A stretch of DNA of 64,000 nt from Takakia lepidozioides (taxonomy: Eukaryota; Plantae; Bryophyta), in the NCBI GenBank assembly GCA_030704615.1, contig CM060733.1:52390001-52454000 (forward strand). Reading direction: 5' to 3'. The position numbers were made by a program, and so were the translations under genes. How positions within the stretch are numbered: the stretch's first letter is position 1; each line of letters opens with the position of its first letter. Below are positions 39,313 to 51,899 of the stretch, in pieces. The notes below the pieces were generated by a model. The model made no database searches, had not been told where the DNA came from, and saw only the letters and a list, made by a program, of their open reading frames with translations.

Positions 39313-42300
39313 TCATTGGGCAAGCTCTATCCAAATGGATTGAATGACGATGGCAGTATCCTTGCTTCTGGGCACAAGACTAACCAGAATGCTGGACTCC
39401 TTCTCAAGGCCAAGCTGCTTCAGCTTCGAGCTGATGCCCACCCTGAAGGAATGATCAGGGCTACGAGTGTGTTCTAGGGGATTTCCAGCAGTCGGATAGG
39501 GGAAGAAAGCGCCTGCATATTCTGTACAACTCCAGGGTGTATGCTCATCCGCCTCAGGTAAATTCAAAAACAGGACAAACCCTACTGGTCTACCTGATGG
39601 TATCCTTATGCCTTCAATGGCAAGGACCTCTTCTTGAAACCCTGGTTCCTCTGATTGCATCCCAAAAGCTTTAGGCTCCGTGGTTTGGATGATAATGGGC
39701 ACTGGCCTTGAGATGTGAGCCTGGAACACTGCACCCCTAAGAGTAATGTTTCTAATATGCAACATTTGTGGTCCTCGTGTGGCAATCAAATCACAATCCT
39801 TAGATGTTCGCTCTGTCTGCCATGAAGGGAAGATGAACCTTGCAAGCTTGGTGATGCCCCTCATAAGTTGCTCCAAGAACTCTGGAGCACAATCTGAAGA
39901 CACTGAAACTGGAGCTGGCTTGGTGCTCAGACGGGTCGAATTGAACCATAGCCAGTCATTCTCTACCTCTTCGTACTTGTAGCGAAATTTTTCCATATCA
40001 AGAGAGTCTGCTACCTGTACAAATCAATAAGCAGTGTCTTCACTGTTACTTAAAACATTCCAAATTTGCACCAAAGCTGTTCGTACATTGTAGACCCATT
40101 CTAGAGAGGGAAGGCGAGATAAGGAAAACCAACCGTCACACGAACAAGATCAGCGTTTTCATCGTAGAAGACAAACTCCGCATTGAGCCAGTCAGGGTCG
40201 GTAAGGTCGCCACGATGACCTCCTGGCAGGTGCTTCCACAGATCCCACAACCGGTCCACATTCGTATGATGTGCAAAGAAGATGGGATCTCTCGCTGCAG
40301 AGGAGCATCGGGCCATGTCCTCACTCCGTACCTCCCTCTCATCTCCTGCCCCCACATGCACACAGAAATCAAATAAATCGCCAAACCTCTCTGCAACACT
40401 GCATCCTCGCCTTGCATGAAGGCTCCCAGGAACTAGAAAGTTGTGACTTTGATACTCTAGCATCTCGAAACAAATTGCATGGAAGGCTTATAAACAACAA
40501 TGCTTCTGTAGCCATTGATTGCATGTCACGCCAACAGGATTCCAGAGTAAGAACTAAGAAACCTGTCCAAAAGTGGACAGCGGCATGGGGGTGACCCTCG
40601 AAGTGGGAAGAGGAATGGGGCGGATCGTCGCCGGCGCGGAAAGGGCCGCCGAGAAACAGGAGCGGGGTGGTAGCGGCGGTCACTACCGCGCTGTGTAGCA
40701 CTTGTCTATTGATAGCCCGCTGTTCTTTCGGGCTGGCGACTGCGGCCGCCGGGTCGTAGCGGCCGTAGTAGGAGAGGTCGATAATGGCGGGGGGCTGGTG
40801 GGCCGGGCTGCGTTTCTCGTCGAACAGCCCGACGTTTCGGCGGTCGACGTACATGGAGGGGAGCACGTTGGAGGGCGGGTCGACGTCGGCCTGGTTGTCC
40901 CATTGCCAGAAGGGCAGCGCGAAGGTGTCGTCGTCCAACAGCCTTGCGAGTATTCGCTCGTGAAAGTAGACGTACCAGCGATGGTAGGGTTGCAGCAGCC
41001 AGTTCTTGTGCACATCAATCTTCTTCGTCGAGTTCACTTGCCTGCGATCACAGCGAGTGAGATCCAGTCTGAGACAATTAGAAGTCACAGTCTCAGCAAA
41101 TCGTGGCTGGTAATCTAGTGGTAATCGGTGGATGATGCGGGAAGTTCTTGCCCGAGTACATTCCGCTGTTTAAAGGTGGGCCCGTGCTGGAGCAGATGAT
41201 ATAAGAGAGTGGAAATCATTGTTCCACCCTGTTACGCGGTGGAGCATGTGTTTCCACGCTGGCTCTGCATCAACCCTAGAAGATATCTCATGGAAGGGAC
41301 AAGAATGTGCTCCACGAATCTCCCTATGGCAACATTCTGGGAGCACGGGTATGCTCCCGGCCCCAGTGGGAGCACTGGTCCGGAAGTTGTGCTTCAAAAT
41401 GCCCTAAAAGGTTACAAAGGAAAATCTAGAAGGTTTTTGCGGGAGAGGCCATGCATACCTAATAGCTCGAGTTTTCTTGGTGTATGTTCACGAACTAGTT
41501 CGTACAATTAAGCACTTCGATGAGTTACTGGCTAGATTGTGCAACTTCGAAAGAATTGCTCCGTAAGGTTCCTTGTAGCTAACCCCTCGCTGTGAAATTA
41601 AAATCTGTCAAATCTGCATTATCATTCCTCGTTGCTAATGTGACAATTGAGTACGTACGAGGTCTCTCTCCTAGGCTCGCTCCAGGAGAAGAGGATGGGG
41701 AGAACAGTATTCTACCAACTGTGTGATGGGTACCGACAAGGAGGAAACTGCAGGAGATAAAACTGAAATGCCACGAGGACAGGGCAACACATAGAGAGAG
41801 CGGTTCTTTAGACTTCTACATCCTGAGCCCTATGACGTCATTTGTACTGCGATTATACAGGATCAACCTGTTCGGGAGATTGCGGCAAAGAAGAGAATCG
41901 AAGAGTGGGACTCAACTGACTATCATTGAGGGAGAGCAACTACTGCCAGGGCGTAGTCTTAAGAATGCTTGCCTGTATGCGGAACAGTAGGCACAGTGAA
42001 CGTTGGACTGACGACGGAACGATCGGGGGTCTTCATCTGGAAGCGCTTTCATCAGTTCGTAAGCTCGATTGAGCTTCTCTATGTACGCCTGATCCACGTT
42101 GTGTGTGGATCGTCTTACCCGCACAGGCAAGTCTGTGTTGAATTGAAACTTGATTTCGGGTCTCTTGGGGGGCAGAAAGCAGCAGTCTAGTGGAAGATCG
42201 TTTACAATGGTAGGTTTGCACCTGGTCAAGTCTGGGCCTAGCACCGGAGCGGCATGTACAGTATGTATCTTCCTACTACACCACGCCATAGCTATTAGCA

Positions 42301-42364
42301 TAATCGCCCACAACAATTTCCGTGTGCCCAATCCACATCCTGGATGCAGTCCTTCCCTACCCAT
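39313..42364 (-). CDS. PPO: Polyphenol oxidase (type-3 copper protein). Exons 42364-41973, 41041-40563, 40345-40134, 40014-39313
   Basis: CuA: HCAYC, VHKNW, YHRWYVYFHERIL. CuB: HPHAAVHFW, RDPIFFAHHTNVDRLW. DWL motif DPDWLNAEFVFYDEN and C-terminal EEVLAIEGI...EYAGAF. Splice junctions keep the frame. Confidence 0.95.
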
Positions 42365-42831
42365 AGTTGTTCCCCACAAATCCCGAGACCAACTAATAAG
42401 ATACCAGCTGGACTCTGCGAGAGAGACTAAGTGACATGAATAGAGAACAATGCCCTGAACTAATGTTTCGAATTCCCCTCGAAGCTGCAGAGTTTTGGAC
42501 ACGCCCAGATGTGCCGTGCAAACAGCTCAGGAAACAGCGACTGCTCCAACTCTACTCTGAGAGTCCCCGATACATGATGACCACAGGAGTTTCCAGCGCA
42601 GTGTTTAGGTGTGTGGGCCTCCTTCCAATGTGTGTTGGCTGACGCACTGAATTAGCAGGAGCCACGTTACTTGTTTTGTTGCTTTCTGGACAGGCGTCAT
42701 TATGGCTGCAGGACTGGCTGAGCCGCACTGTAGGCAAAACACTCCAAGGATCTCGTTTTCTCCCTCAAGACCAGAAGAGCTCTTCCGTTTCATCGAGTCA
42801 TAAATACAGCTCAGATGTGAGTCTATCTTAA

Positions 42832-44760
42832 CCCTTAAACGCCCAGTGCTTTTTGTTGATATTTTGGAAAAAGGTTAACCCGGTGTTTTTTTTTCATATT
42901 TCCAAAATCGCTGGCGGGGCCACATGTGAATTCCACCCAGTGCCCATGTGGCGAGAATATAGCTTTCGACCTGGAAACTCGGTCAGCTACTTGTACAAAG
43001 GAATTATAGGGGGTAAAATCAGAGATTTTCGCCAAAAAGCACCAGGAGATAAATTTCAGGACTCTGATCTTGCCGACGTGGACCAATGAAAAAATGAAAC
43101 CTGGAATATAGCCACTTTTCTAACTTGCCACCTTGATATTCTCGCCACATGGGCACTGGGTGGAATTCACATGTGGCCCCACCAGCGATTTTGGGAAATA
43201 TGAAAAAAAACAACACTGGTACACACATGGCAGTTTCCAGCATGTCAAATCTTCCCCACCCCCTCTCGAGAGTGACCTGGATGGGGGTGACACCAAAGGG
43301 AGCGTCACCCCAATTGAAATTTGAAAAAGTCCAAATTTGGATGTATAAAATGTACACATAGGAGTTACACGAGGCATGGGGTGACACAGACCAGGGTAAT
43401 CCAGAAATCCAGAGCAAAAAGATATCTATGCACGCCTGCTCACAAATTGCACAACCAGAATTTGAAACCATCCCCATCGTTGGATGTGAGTTTGCTTTTA
43501 CAACTACACTTCTTGAAAGACAAAAATATTAGTTTTACTGTTTTTTAATGTCGGGTTCAAATCTTCTTAGCCACAAATTTCACACAGCTTTATGTGCCCA
43601 CATGGAGCCTCCATAGACGTTTAGATGGGGCCATTTGGACAAATATGCAAGGTTTGGTGATTGGTCAACACCAGTGTTGTGCGGTTCTTGCCATATTGAA
43701 GGAACCGCCAGTTCCGGTTCCTTGGTATATTTAAAGAGGCGGTTCCGGTTCCAGATCCGGTTCTTTTTTGTGAAGCTGTTCCGGTTCCGGTTCCAAAATT
43801 CATGAGCAGATTCCGGTTCCGGTTCCGGGTATTTTTTGGGAAGGAACCGCCGGTTCCAGTTTCCGGTTCCGGTTCTCTATTTTTTGAATTTAAAAATATA
43901 TATTAATTTTTTGATCATTTTTTTATAAATCTGAAAATGATTTGTGAATCCCCATTAGTTATATCAAATATTTTGACTGAAAAGAAACAACATTCATATA
44001 CAAGTGAAAAAATAAATATATAAAACCCTGCCTACGCTGCTAAGGCGCTGCTGCAGCACATTGCGGAGGTGGGAGGTGCGAGACCACAGAACCAGGAAAA
44101 CCAAGCACAAAAAAAGAAAAAAAGAAAAAAACCCCGATGCTACCTCACCCCGCGCTGCTAAGCTGCTCCCTCCCCCACGCGCTGGTGTGCTGATCCCTCA
44201 CCCCTGCACGGAGGCGTGCTGCTCCCTCCCGCGCTGAAGTCGCGCTACTGCAGCAGATCGCGCAGATTGGAGGTGAGAGACGACAGATCGCTGGAAAAAA
44301 AAAAAAACAACCCTAGTGCGGGAACTGGATCCGGAACCGTCATTGACCCCCGGTTCCGGTTCCCAGCCGGTTCCTGGAAAATCCTGTACCCGCTGGTTTC
44401 AGTTCTGGAACTGGTCGTACCTACTCCCCCGGTTCCAGTTCCGGTTCCGGTTCCCAGGAACCGGAACCGGAACTACCGGTTCCAAACCGCCTAAGCGGGT
44501 ACCCGCACAACACTGGTCAACACCAATGTGGCCTCATTTGGACCACCCGCATGGAGAGAAAGAGATGCCACATTTAAAAGCTGGAAACGTGACCTCATCT
44601 CCCTTTGCTCCACATTAGCTTACCATACGAAGCATCCGATCGAATCAATTATGTGCTAAGTGGGGTATCCAATGTGCTAAACTCTTGTGAAACACATCTG
44701 AAAAATCACCTAGGGATTGAACAATTGCAGCCCACTTTGGGCCTAACTGGCATTTAGGGG
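42832..44760. mobile_element. Non-autonomous TIR element, piggyBac-like
   Basis: TTAA|CCCTTAAACGCCCAGT at the left and ACTGGCATTTAGGGG at the right (no right TTAA). Internal ~70-bp inverted repeat 42891-42960 / 43136-43208. Confidence 0.45.
43672..44515. mobile_element. hAT-type MITE
   Basis: 13-bp TIR CAGTGTTGTGCGG / CCGCACAACACTG. 8-bp TSD GTCAACAC (43664-43671, 44516-44523). Subterminal (CCGGTT)n arrays. Confidence 0.92.
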
Positions 44761-44771
44761 TCTCCCTCTAA

Positions 44772-45192
44772 GAGCATCTCCAACGATGAACGCCATCGGG
44801 CCCGCCAAGCTGCTCATGGCGTGGAGTTTGGCGGAAGGACGTCCACCGGGGGTCACCTTAAATCCCGCGCCAAGGTGGGCTGGCTAGCCTGCAGAAGCCA
44901 CGTGGTGACTCCAGGCTGCGCCACACCTGCTCTTCATATCCCTAAAAAACAAGAGCGCATGTTCCTCATAACTCATGCGCGACGTGCATGCACCGGATTT
45001 GCTCCCTGTGCTTGGGCGTGCACGTGCGCGCTTGGCGAGGTACGCCAAAGATGGAAAATATGGCGTACCCCTGCCCTTGGCGTAGGTCGCGGAGCCCTCC
45101 CCGCCAACACTAGGTACGCTGGGTCACGATTTAGGAAACGCCATGCCAAAATGGCGTTGGAAATGGCATGGCGTACCTGGTTGGCAGTGCTC
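44772..45192. mobile_element. PIF/Harbinger (Tourist-like) MITE
   Basis: TIR GAGCATCTCCAA / TTGGCAGTGCTC with TAA duplicated on both sides. Confidence 0.85.
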
Positions 45193-45284
45193 TAAGACCG
45201 AACGACCCAGCCATGGATAACCCACTCTCACCCAAGAACTTCATGTAAAGTGGGTTGCAGCGGCCTAAGTTTCAACGTAGTCTT

Positions 45285-45618
45285 TGTCAAGTTATTTTAC
45301 CACTAGTGTGAAACTAGCTAGGAAATAGCTAGCTTTTACATATTGACATTTGGGATTGGCCCAAGTGTCAATCCAGGGGTCAAGGCAGATTTAGGCCCTG
45401 GAGTGGTTATCTTCACGGCAAGCGCGGAAGGCTCATCTTTCTCAAGTTGAGCCTCACCGCACCTAGCTATGGCGCCGTAGTGTGGATTCCCCATGGCATG
45501 GGGTGCACGTGGCTTGACTTGTATTTGAGTGATGAGGTTATATATGCATGAGTTTATGCTTCAGCTTTGTGAGCTCTCATGAGCTTGTGCTTGTATGTCT
45601 TCCTCCTCTTCTTTATCA
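45285..45618 (+). repeat. Terminal repeat A1
   Basis: TGTCAAGTTATTTTACC...CTTCTTTATCA, near-identical to 56687-57018. Confidence 0.95.
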
Positions 45619-46329
45619 CTCGAGAAAGATCAGCTCGTATCTGTGAGTGCCAGATACGAGTTAGTGGTAGCACTTGTGGTTTTTGCTTGAGAATGAGAGA
45701 AACCAAGTTGTTATGCAAAGAGCACCGTGGAGCTCTCGGTTGTTAGAAATGGAGGCGATGTGGGTTACGAGGTGGTAGACCTTGGCATTCGATCTTCAGT
45801 TTCAGAGATGAAAGCACCATGCTGCAGGTAATTCCAGAGCACCTTGATGGTTTCAGATTGTGTACATGCATGAGCAAGCACGATTGGGAAGAGGACCAGT
45901 CAAGAGCAGGTTATAGTGGCTTTGGTGGCAAAGCTGAGAACTGGACTTGGGAATGCGAGCTTTTATTGTGTGAAGGATTGCAAGACCAAGCGAAAGGGCT
46001 GATTTGGCTTGGGGCAAATCAGTGCACTTTGTGGAGTATGGTGAGATTGGGTTTCAATCTCGAGCTTCAGCATTGAGAGGGCTCTTGTCATGGCAAGAGC
46101 AGGGCTGGAACATGAGCTAAGAGGTGCGGCAAGGCCATGGAATGTGCACCTAGGGTTTCAGAGCTTGGAAGAAGAGCTCTTGCACCACAAGAGAAGTGTC
46201 TTGTGGCTGGAAATGTAAGCCTTAGGGTTTCAGGAGCTTGGCAAAGGCTGTGGAGTGCTTAGTCTTGTCTTAGAGAGCATCAAGGAGCCAAGGAGCCAAG
46301 ATAGGGGGCTGATATCTCTTGTGTGAAGA

Positions 46330-46680
46330 GGTTGCATGTGTGGAGCATGTATTCAGCTCATTGAAGCTTCCATCTTCAAGCTTGGAGGGCAAGCAAGGAA
46401 GAGGGAAGGGCTGACTTCCCTTGAGTGAGGGCAATACATGTGTGGAGCATGCTATCAGCCTGGTGAAGGCTTGCACTTTCAGGTGTGGGAGTGCAAGAAA
46501 GGAAGGAAGGGGCTGGTTTCCCTGTAGGGCATGTAGAGCATGCTTTCAGCCTGCTGAAGCTTGTATTTTCAAGTTTGTGGGTGCAAGAAATGAAGCAAAG
46601 GAGCTGATTCTCTTATGGTGAGAGTGGGGCATGTGTGGAGCATGCCTTCAGCCCATTGAGGCTCTTGTTTTGAAGCTTTA
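46330..46680 (+). repeat. Diverged ~100-bp tandem repeat (4 units)
   Basis: CATGTGTGGAGCATG...TCAGC recurs near 46334, 46436, 46529 and 46629. Confidence 0.7.
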
Positions 46681-47149
46681 GAGAGCTAGAACAGAAGGTC
46701 TAGGGCTGGTTTCCACTTGGAGTGAAAGAAAAGCACTTGTAGGGCCTATGTGAGTTGGGGTTTCAACTTCAAGCTTGAAGGGAGCGCAACTCTTGAAGCA
46801 GCAGGTGTAGGGGGCTGGAATAGGCTCTAAGACAGATGCTATGGCCAAGGAGAGTGCTTGAATGAGTGCTCACAAGGGCTGGGAACCAGTAGGGCTTGGT
46901 TGTTTGCCATTGAGTTTAGTGGCGTGTTTGGGGAGGCTAAGTGAGAAAGAAAGCTTGGTTTGTGGCAACCACCTCATGGCTTAGGGCTACTATGGTGGTG
47001 TGTGGGAGCCGAAAGAGCAAGAATACCTTGCTGATTTCCTCACAGCCGCCATAGCTCGGTGGAAAGAAGCCTAGAGTCCAAGAGACACAAACCCTAGCTT
47101 GGCGTGGCTAAACCCCTTGGAGAAATGGCTAAACTGCCAGAGCGGCCAT

Positions 47150-48180
47150 GGATGGGGCTGTGACGGGCTGTGCCTGAGGCCTTTGGGGCTGTGACGGGCT
47201 GTGCCTGAGGCCTTTGGGGCTGTGACGGCTGTGAGGGGCTGTGACAGGCCGTGCCTGAGGCATTTGGGGCTGTGACGGGCTGTGAGGGGCTGTGACAGGC
47301 CGTGCCTGAGGCCTTTGGGGCTGTGACGGGCTGTGACGGGCCGTGCCTGAGGCCTTTGGGGCTGTGACGGGCTGTGAGGGGCTGTGACAGGCTGTGCCCA
47401 GTGGCCTATGGGGCTGTGACGGGCTGTGCGGGGCTGTGACAGGCTGTGCCCAGTGGCCTGTGGGGCTGTGACGGGCTGTGCCCATGGCCTTTGGGGCTGT
47501 GATGGGCTGTGAGGGGCTGTGACAGGCCGTGCCTGAGGCCTGTGGGGATGTGACGGGCTGTGAGGGGCTGTGACAGCTGTGCCCAGTGGCATGTGGGGTG
47601 TGACGGGCTGTGGCGGGCTGTGCCCTGTGGCCTGTGGGGCTGTGACGGGCTGTGACAGGCTGTGGCGAGCTGTGACGGGCTGTGCGGGGCTGTGACAGGC
47701 TGTGCCCAGTGGCCTTTGGGGCTGTGACGGGCTGTGAAAGGCTGTGACAGGCCGTGCCTGAGGCCTTGGGGCTGTGACGGGCTGTGCCCAGTGGCCTATG
47801 GGGCTGTGACAGGCTGTGCCCAGTGGCCTGTGGGGCTGTGACGGGCTGTGCGGGGCTGTGACAGGCTGTGCCCAGTGGCCTGTGGGGTTGTGACGGGCTG
47901 TGCGGGGCTGTGACAGGCTGTGCCCAGTGGCCTGTGGGGCTGTGAGGGGCTGTGAGGGGCTGTGACAGGCTGTGCCCGTGGCCTTTGGGGCTGTGCGGGG
48001 CTGTGATAGGCTGCGCCCAGTGGCCTGTGGGGCTGTGACGGGCTGTGAGGGGCTGTGAGGGGCTGTGCCCGTGGCCTTTGGGGCTGTGAGGGGCTGTGAC
48101 AAGCCATGCCTGAGGCCTTTGGGGCTGTGACGGGCTGTGACGGGCTGTGCCCAGTGGCCTGTGGGACTGTGACGGCTGTG
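47150..48180 (+). repeat. About 1-kb GC-rich minisatellite of GGGCTGTGAC-type 10-mers in the retrotransposon leader
   Basis: Directly visible, with higher-order spacers CCCAGTGGCCTGTGG and CCTGAGGCCTTTGG. Confidence 0.95.
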
Positions 48181-48983
48181 ACTAGTGAGCTGTGTGGGCC
48201 TGTGTTGGTTTCTGGAATGTCGGAAAGTGCGACTCGGACGGAAATGCGGTGCCGCATTTCTGTTCCCGTTGTTCATAATTCTCCCGTGTTGACCTGTGGA
48301 CGGCCTGTGCTGACTCGTGGAGGCACTGGTGGACTGCCTAAGGACTGGCATGTGGTCTGGAAGGCCGAATTTTGAAGCTCGTGGAGGGCGGTTTGAGGAG
48401 TATCTTCATGATATTCCCATGGTCATGCAAATGAGGGAAGAGAGGAGAGGAAGAGTGTTGGGATGAGGGCATGCTGGGGTTAGGCATTGCTTTAGCTTCT
48501 CTTCCTCGTAGTTTCCACCCTCCCATTAGGCCAAGACCTTTCCGTAGGTGGAGGCAAGAGTCAGTCCGGGTTTGGGCTGGGGTGTCCTTGCAGGAGCAAC
48601 ACCGTGGAGTTGTTTTTGGTGTGGGGGAGTTGTCGTTCTGATTTCTTGTGTTTGGATCCCCTCCATACCTGCATGCTTGACTGTGCGCCATGCTAGTTTT
48701 GTGTGGGCGCTTGTTTTTATAGGTGATTGGTCCGGATTTGATCACCGGCCAGTCCTAGAGCATGCTGTCGATGGTGAGGCTGGGGTGATGACCAGCCAGA
48801 CCATCATTGTTTCTCCTGTGGTGAGGTTGGAGGTGATGACCAGCCAACCATAGGAGTGCTTGCGGTGGATGCAGGTAGAGGTGTAGGCTATGTTAGGAAC
48901 TTAGTATTCCAAACCATAAGCCGCAACAGGTTCTCTACCCGGTTACCTTGTGGAGAGGGGGTTAGGGACATGTTCATGACCGG

Positions 48984-50897
48984 TTGAGTGTCAACACGGA
49001 GGTGCCACTAGTTGCTGGGGACAGTGCCGGTTCGAGCACTAGCGATACTAGTGGGTACACGAGACGAGGTGTGCGGTTTAGGCCACCTTCACCTCCTGTG
49101 TCTTCCACGGAAGGTTCTGATTCGGATTGTGAATCAGGAGGACTCATACCGGCGGTGCAAGTTGTTTCTTTGCCATTGTTGTGGGACACAATGGAGGAGA
49201 TGTATGGAGCTACCAAGGGGCCACGAAGGTACTCTGGGGCGGTGGGCACCATCGAGTTGGATGATTTTATCCAAGAGTTTGATAGTTGGTGTGATTTGCA
49301 GCAAATGCGCAATCCACAACTATTTACGCCTTTCATGGCATGGAAAGGGCTGTTTCAGCACCTTGAGGGGCCGCCTATGGATGATTACCATGAGTTCAGG
49401 CGGGGGCATGAGGTTGAGATCGAGGAGTGGAGGATGTACTGGTCACCCGACTATGTCTCCATCACTAGGGGCACTAGAGCCACAAGGGCAGTGGCTACAC
49501 CTGCCGCTGCACCGGCAGCTTCAGCAAGTAGCAGTGGGACTGGTGGTACAGTAGCTACGACGTCCACCCAAGCCACTACCGCACCAGCACTAGCACCCGT
49601 GCCTGCCTTCAACCCTGTTGTGGAGTTCTTCGAAGAGTTGAGAGGGAACTACCAAGGGGTGAGGACAGAGAAGTTGCGGAGCTTGCAAGAGTTCCAACGG
49701 AAGCCGACTGAGAGCTTGAGGGAGGCTTTCACTCGCATGAGGCGCTTGATAAATGTAACCCAAGGGGTTACGGAAGCTCAGGCAGTCCAATTCTGGTATG
49801 GGATATTGGACAAGGAGCTGAGGAGAAGGGTGCGGGATGCAACTCTCCTACAAGCGGCCCAACCCACCTTAGCAAATGTGTTTTTGCTGGCAGAGCGGAT
49901 AGAGCTCAACATGGTGGAGGAACGAGTGGTCATGGTGGGATTTGCTAAGGAGACACCACGGGGTAGTGGTGCTCCTAGCCAACCACTACCTCAACGTGCT
50001 CAAGGCAACAAGGGGGCTCAGGTGAAGCTCAGGGAAGGGCAGAGAGGACCTCAGATGCAGGGGTCTCTCCCTTCATTTGCTGGCCAACAACGGGCGGATG
50101 TGGTGTGCTGGACATGTGGAGGACCCCATGTCAAGAAGGATTGCCCAGAGGGAGGCAAAGGGCCGGCACATGCACAGCCTGCACAGTTGCAGTGTGGGCA
50201 TTGTGGCAAGCACGGGCATGGAGAGGCCCAGTGTTATGGTTTGCATCCTGAGTTGCGCCCAGGCCAGTTCCAAGGGAACAATGGTGGCCGGGGGCGAGGT
50301 GGAGCAGCCCAGAGAGGACGAGGTGGCCAGCCACGAGGTGCAGGCCAAGGGCAAGCTCAACATGGCCAAGGACGCGGAGGTCAGGGTGTTGACCAAGGCA
50401 TGGCCAACCGGCTTCAGCAGCTAGAGCAGAGGCTCGCTGCCATGGCTACAGCTCAGGTGGTACCGGCTCTAAGGCCGGATGGTCCACCTCCTGCTCCTGA
50501 GGGAGGAGATATGGGAGGCATGGGATTCATGTGTGGAGCAGCACTACCACTAGTGCAGGTGGAGTCTGCTGCAGCCGTGACTCGAGGAGCAGCACGAGTT
50601 CCTGAGCCACGAGGTGCAGAGGTGGAGTTGGATCCACAGCGTGGGGAGGCAAGCCGTCAGGCTAGGCTTCCTCAGTCATTCACATTGGCGGAGACAGTGT
50701 CGACGCCATCCATGGCACCTAGTTCTCGCCCGACTGTTACCGAGGCGGAGGTTACTATGCCATTGGGGAGAGCTACACGGGTAGCACCACTACCTAGTGT
50801 TGCCAAGGCTACGGCAGCTAGTGTGCTGCTAGGAGCGGCCACATCTGTGTGCCAGGCTCCATTGTTCTCGGCTACCATGATTGCGACGCGGGGGTAA
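48984..50897 (+). CDS. Gag-like polyprotein with two CCHC zinc knuckles
   Basis: FQRKPTESLREAFTRM (gag), CWTCGGPHVKKDC, CGHCGKHGHGEAQC and an RGG-rich tract. Confidence 0.88.
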   Translation: MSVNTEVPLVAGDSAGSSTSDTSGYTRRGVRFRPPSPPVSSTEGSDSDCESGGLIPAVQVVSLPLLWDTMEEMYGATKGPRRYSGAVGTIELDDFIQEFDSWCDLQQMRNPQLFTPFMAWKGLFQHLEGPPMDDYHEFRRGHEVEIEEWRMYWSPDYVSITRGTRATRAVATPAAAPAASASSSGTGGTVATTSTQATTAPALAPVPAFNPVVEFFEELRGNYQGVRTEKLRSLQEFQRKPTESLREAFTRMRRLINVTQGVTEAQAVQFWYGILDKELRRRVRDATLLQAAQPTLANVFLLAERIELNMVEERVVMVGFAKETPRGSGAPSQPLPQRAQGNKGAQVKLREGQRGPQMQGSLPSFAGQQRADVVCWTCGGPHVKKDCPEGGKGPAHAQPAQLQCGHCGKHGHGEAQCYGLHPELRPGQFQGNNGGRGRGGAAQRGRGGQPRGAGQGQAQHGQGRGGQGVDQGMANRLQQLEQRLAAMATAQVVPALRPDGPPPAPEGGDMGGMGFMCGAALPLVQVESAAAVTRGAARVPEPRGAEVELDPQRGEASRQARLPQSFTLAETVSTPSMAPSSRPTVTEAEVTMPLGRATRVAPLPSVAKATAASVLLGAATSVCQAPLFSATMIATRG

Positions 50898-51899
50898 GAC
50901 CAGCTGAGGTGTTCAGGCTGGCAGCTACACTCTGTGAGAGTGGGGAGGTTACTTCATCTTCTGCGGAGATAGTGGGAGGTGTAGTGCCGGAGGGATCCTC
51001 GGATTTGAGGGTCAAGACTGCCACGGCGGCGCCATGGCAAGCTGCAGCTGCCAGGTTGATGGAGCTGCCAGCTAGGCCAGCCATTGAGCGCGCCATGGTG
51101 ACACCTGGAGTTGTCATGTTAGACAACCAGGATGGCATTTTCTGTTTGAGTGGACCGGCAGGCAAGAGGTACCGGCCACTGCGGGTCTTGTTGGACTCGG
51201 GAGCTCAGCCATTGATGCTGGGCAGAGCTGCTATTGCAGGCTTGGGCCTCACGGAGGCGGATATGGAGCCTTGTCCTTTCCAGATACAGACGTCTCTGGG
51301 AGGATCGGAGCAGGCTCGGGGCATGACACGGCGTGAGTTGGCTATCAGACTACGGCCGGATCACCCTACAGATGGCTCAGTGATGCGAGCCAAGGCCATT
51401 GTGACAGACGCGGTCTCATACGATGTCCTGGTTGGTGGGGCAGTGTTGTACCCCATGGGCTTCACCCTGGATTTTTGGGAGGAGTCAGCTTCCTATAGGC
51501 CTGCATGGCAGTCAGGGGAGGGCCGGCGTGTGCAGCTCCCTGTGACGTTCATAGGAGGAGTTGCGGTTGCCCAGCGAGGCAAGATGCCGACACTAGCAGC
51601 ATTCACAGCGGCAGTGAGTTGGCCTAGAGAGTTGCTTGAGGGCAATGCTCATTCAGAGGATGTACCACCTCCGGGAGAGCAGGATGACATGTATGGTATG
51701 GCGGAGTTGCCTACCATGGTTGCTCAGACTCCATTGTGGGGCACGAGCAAGGATTTGCAGCGGGATGCTGATCGACGGGTGCAACAAGCCTGGGTGGAGG
51801 CTTTTGTACCGTCAGGAGAGAGGAGAGTGTGGGGATTGCACCAGGACCACCTCAATTGTCTCCATTGGACACCACACCTATTGTGTGGCAGTATCCGGA

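Noticed and set aside
47071-48351. 426-aa minus-strand ORF
   Set aside because: Translation of the stop-poor minisatellite.
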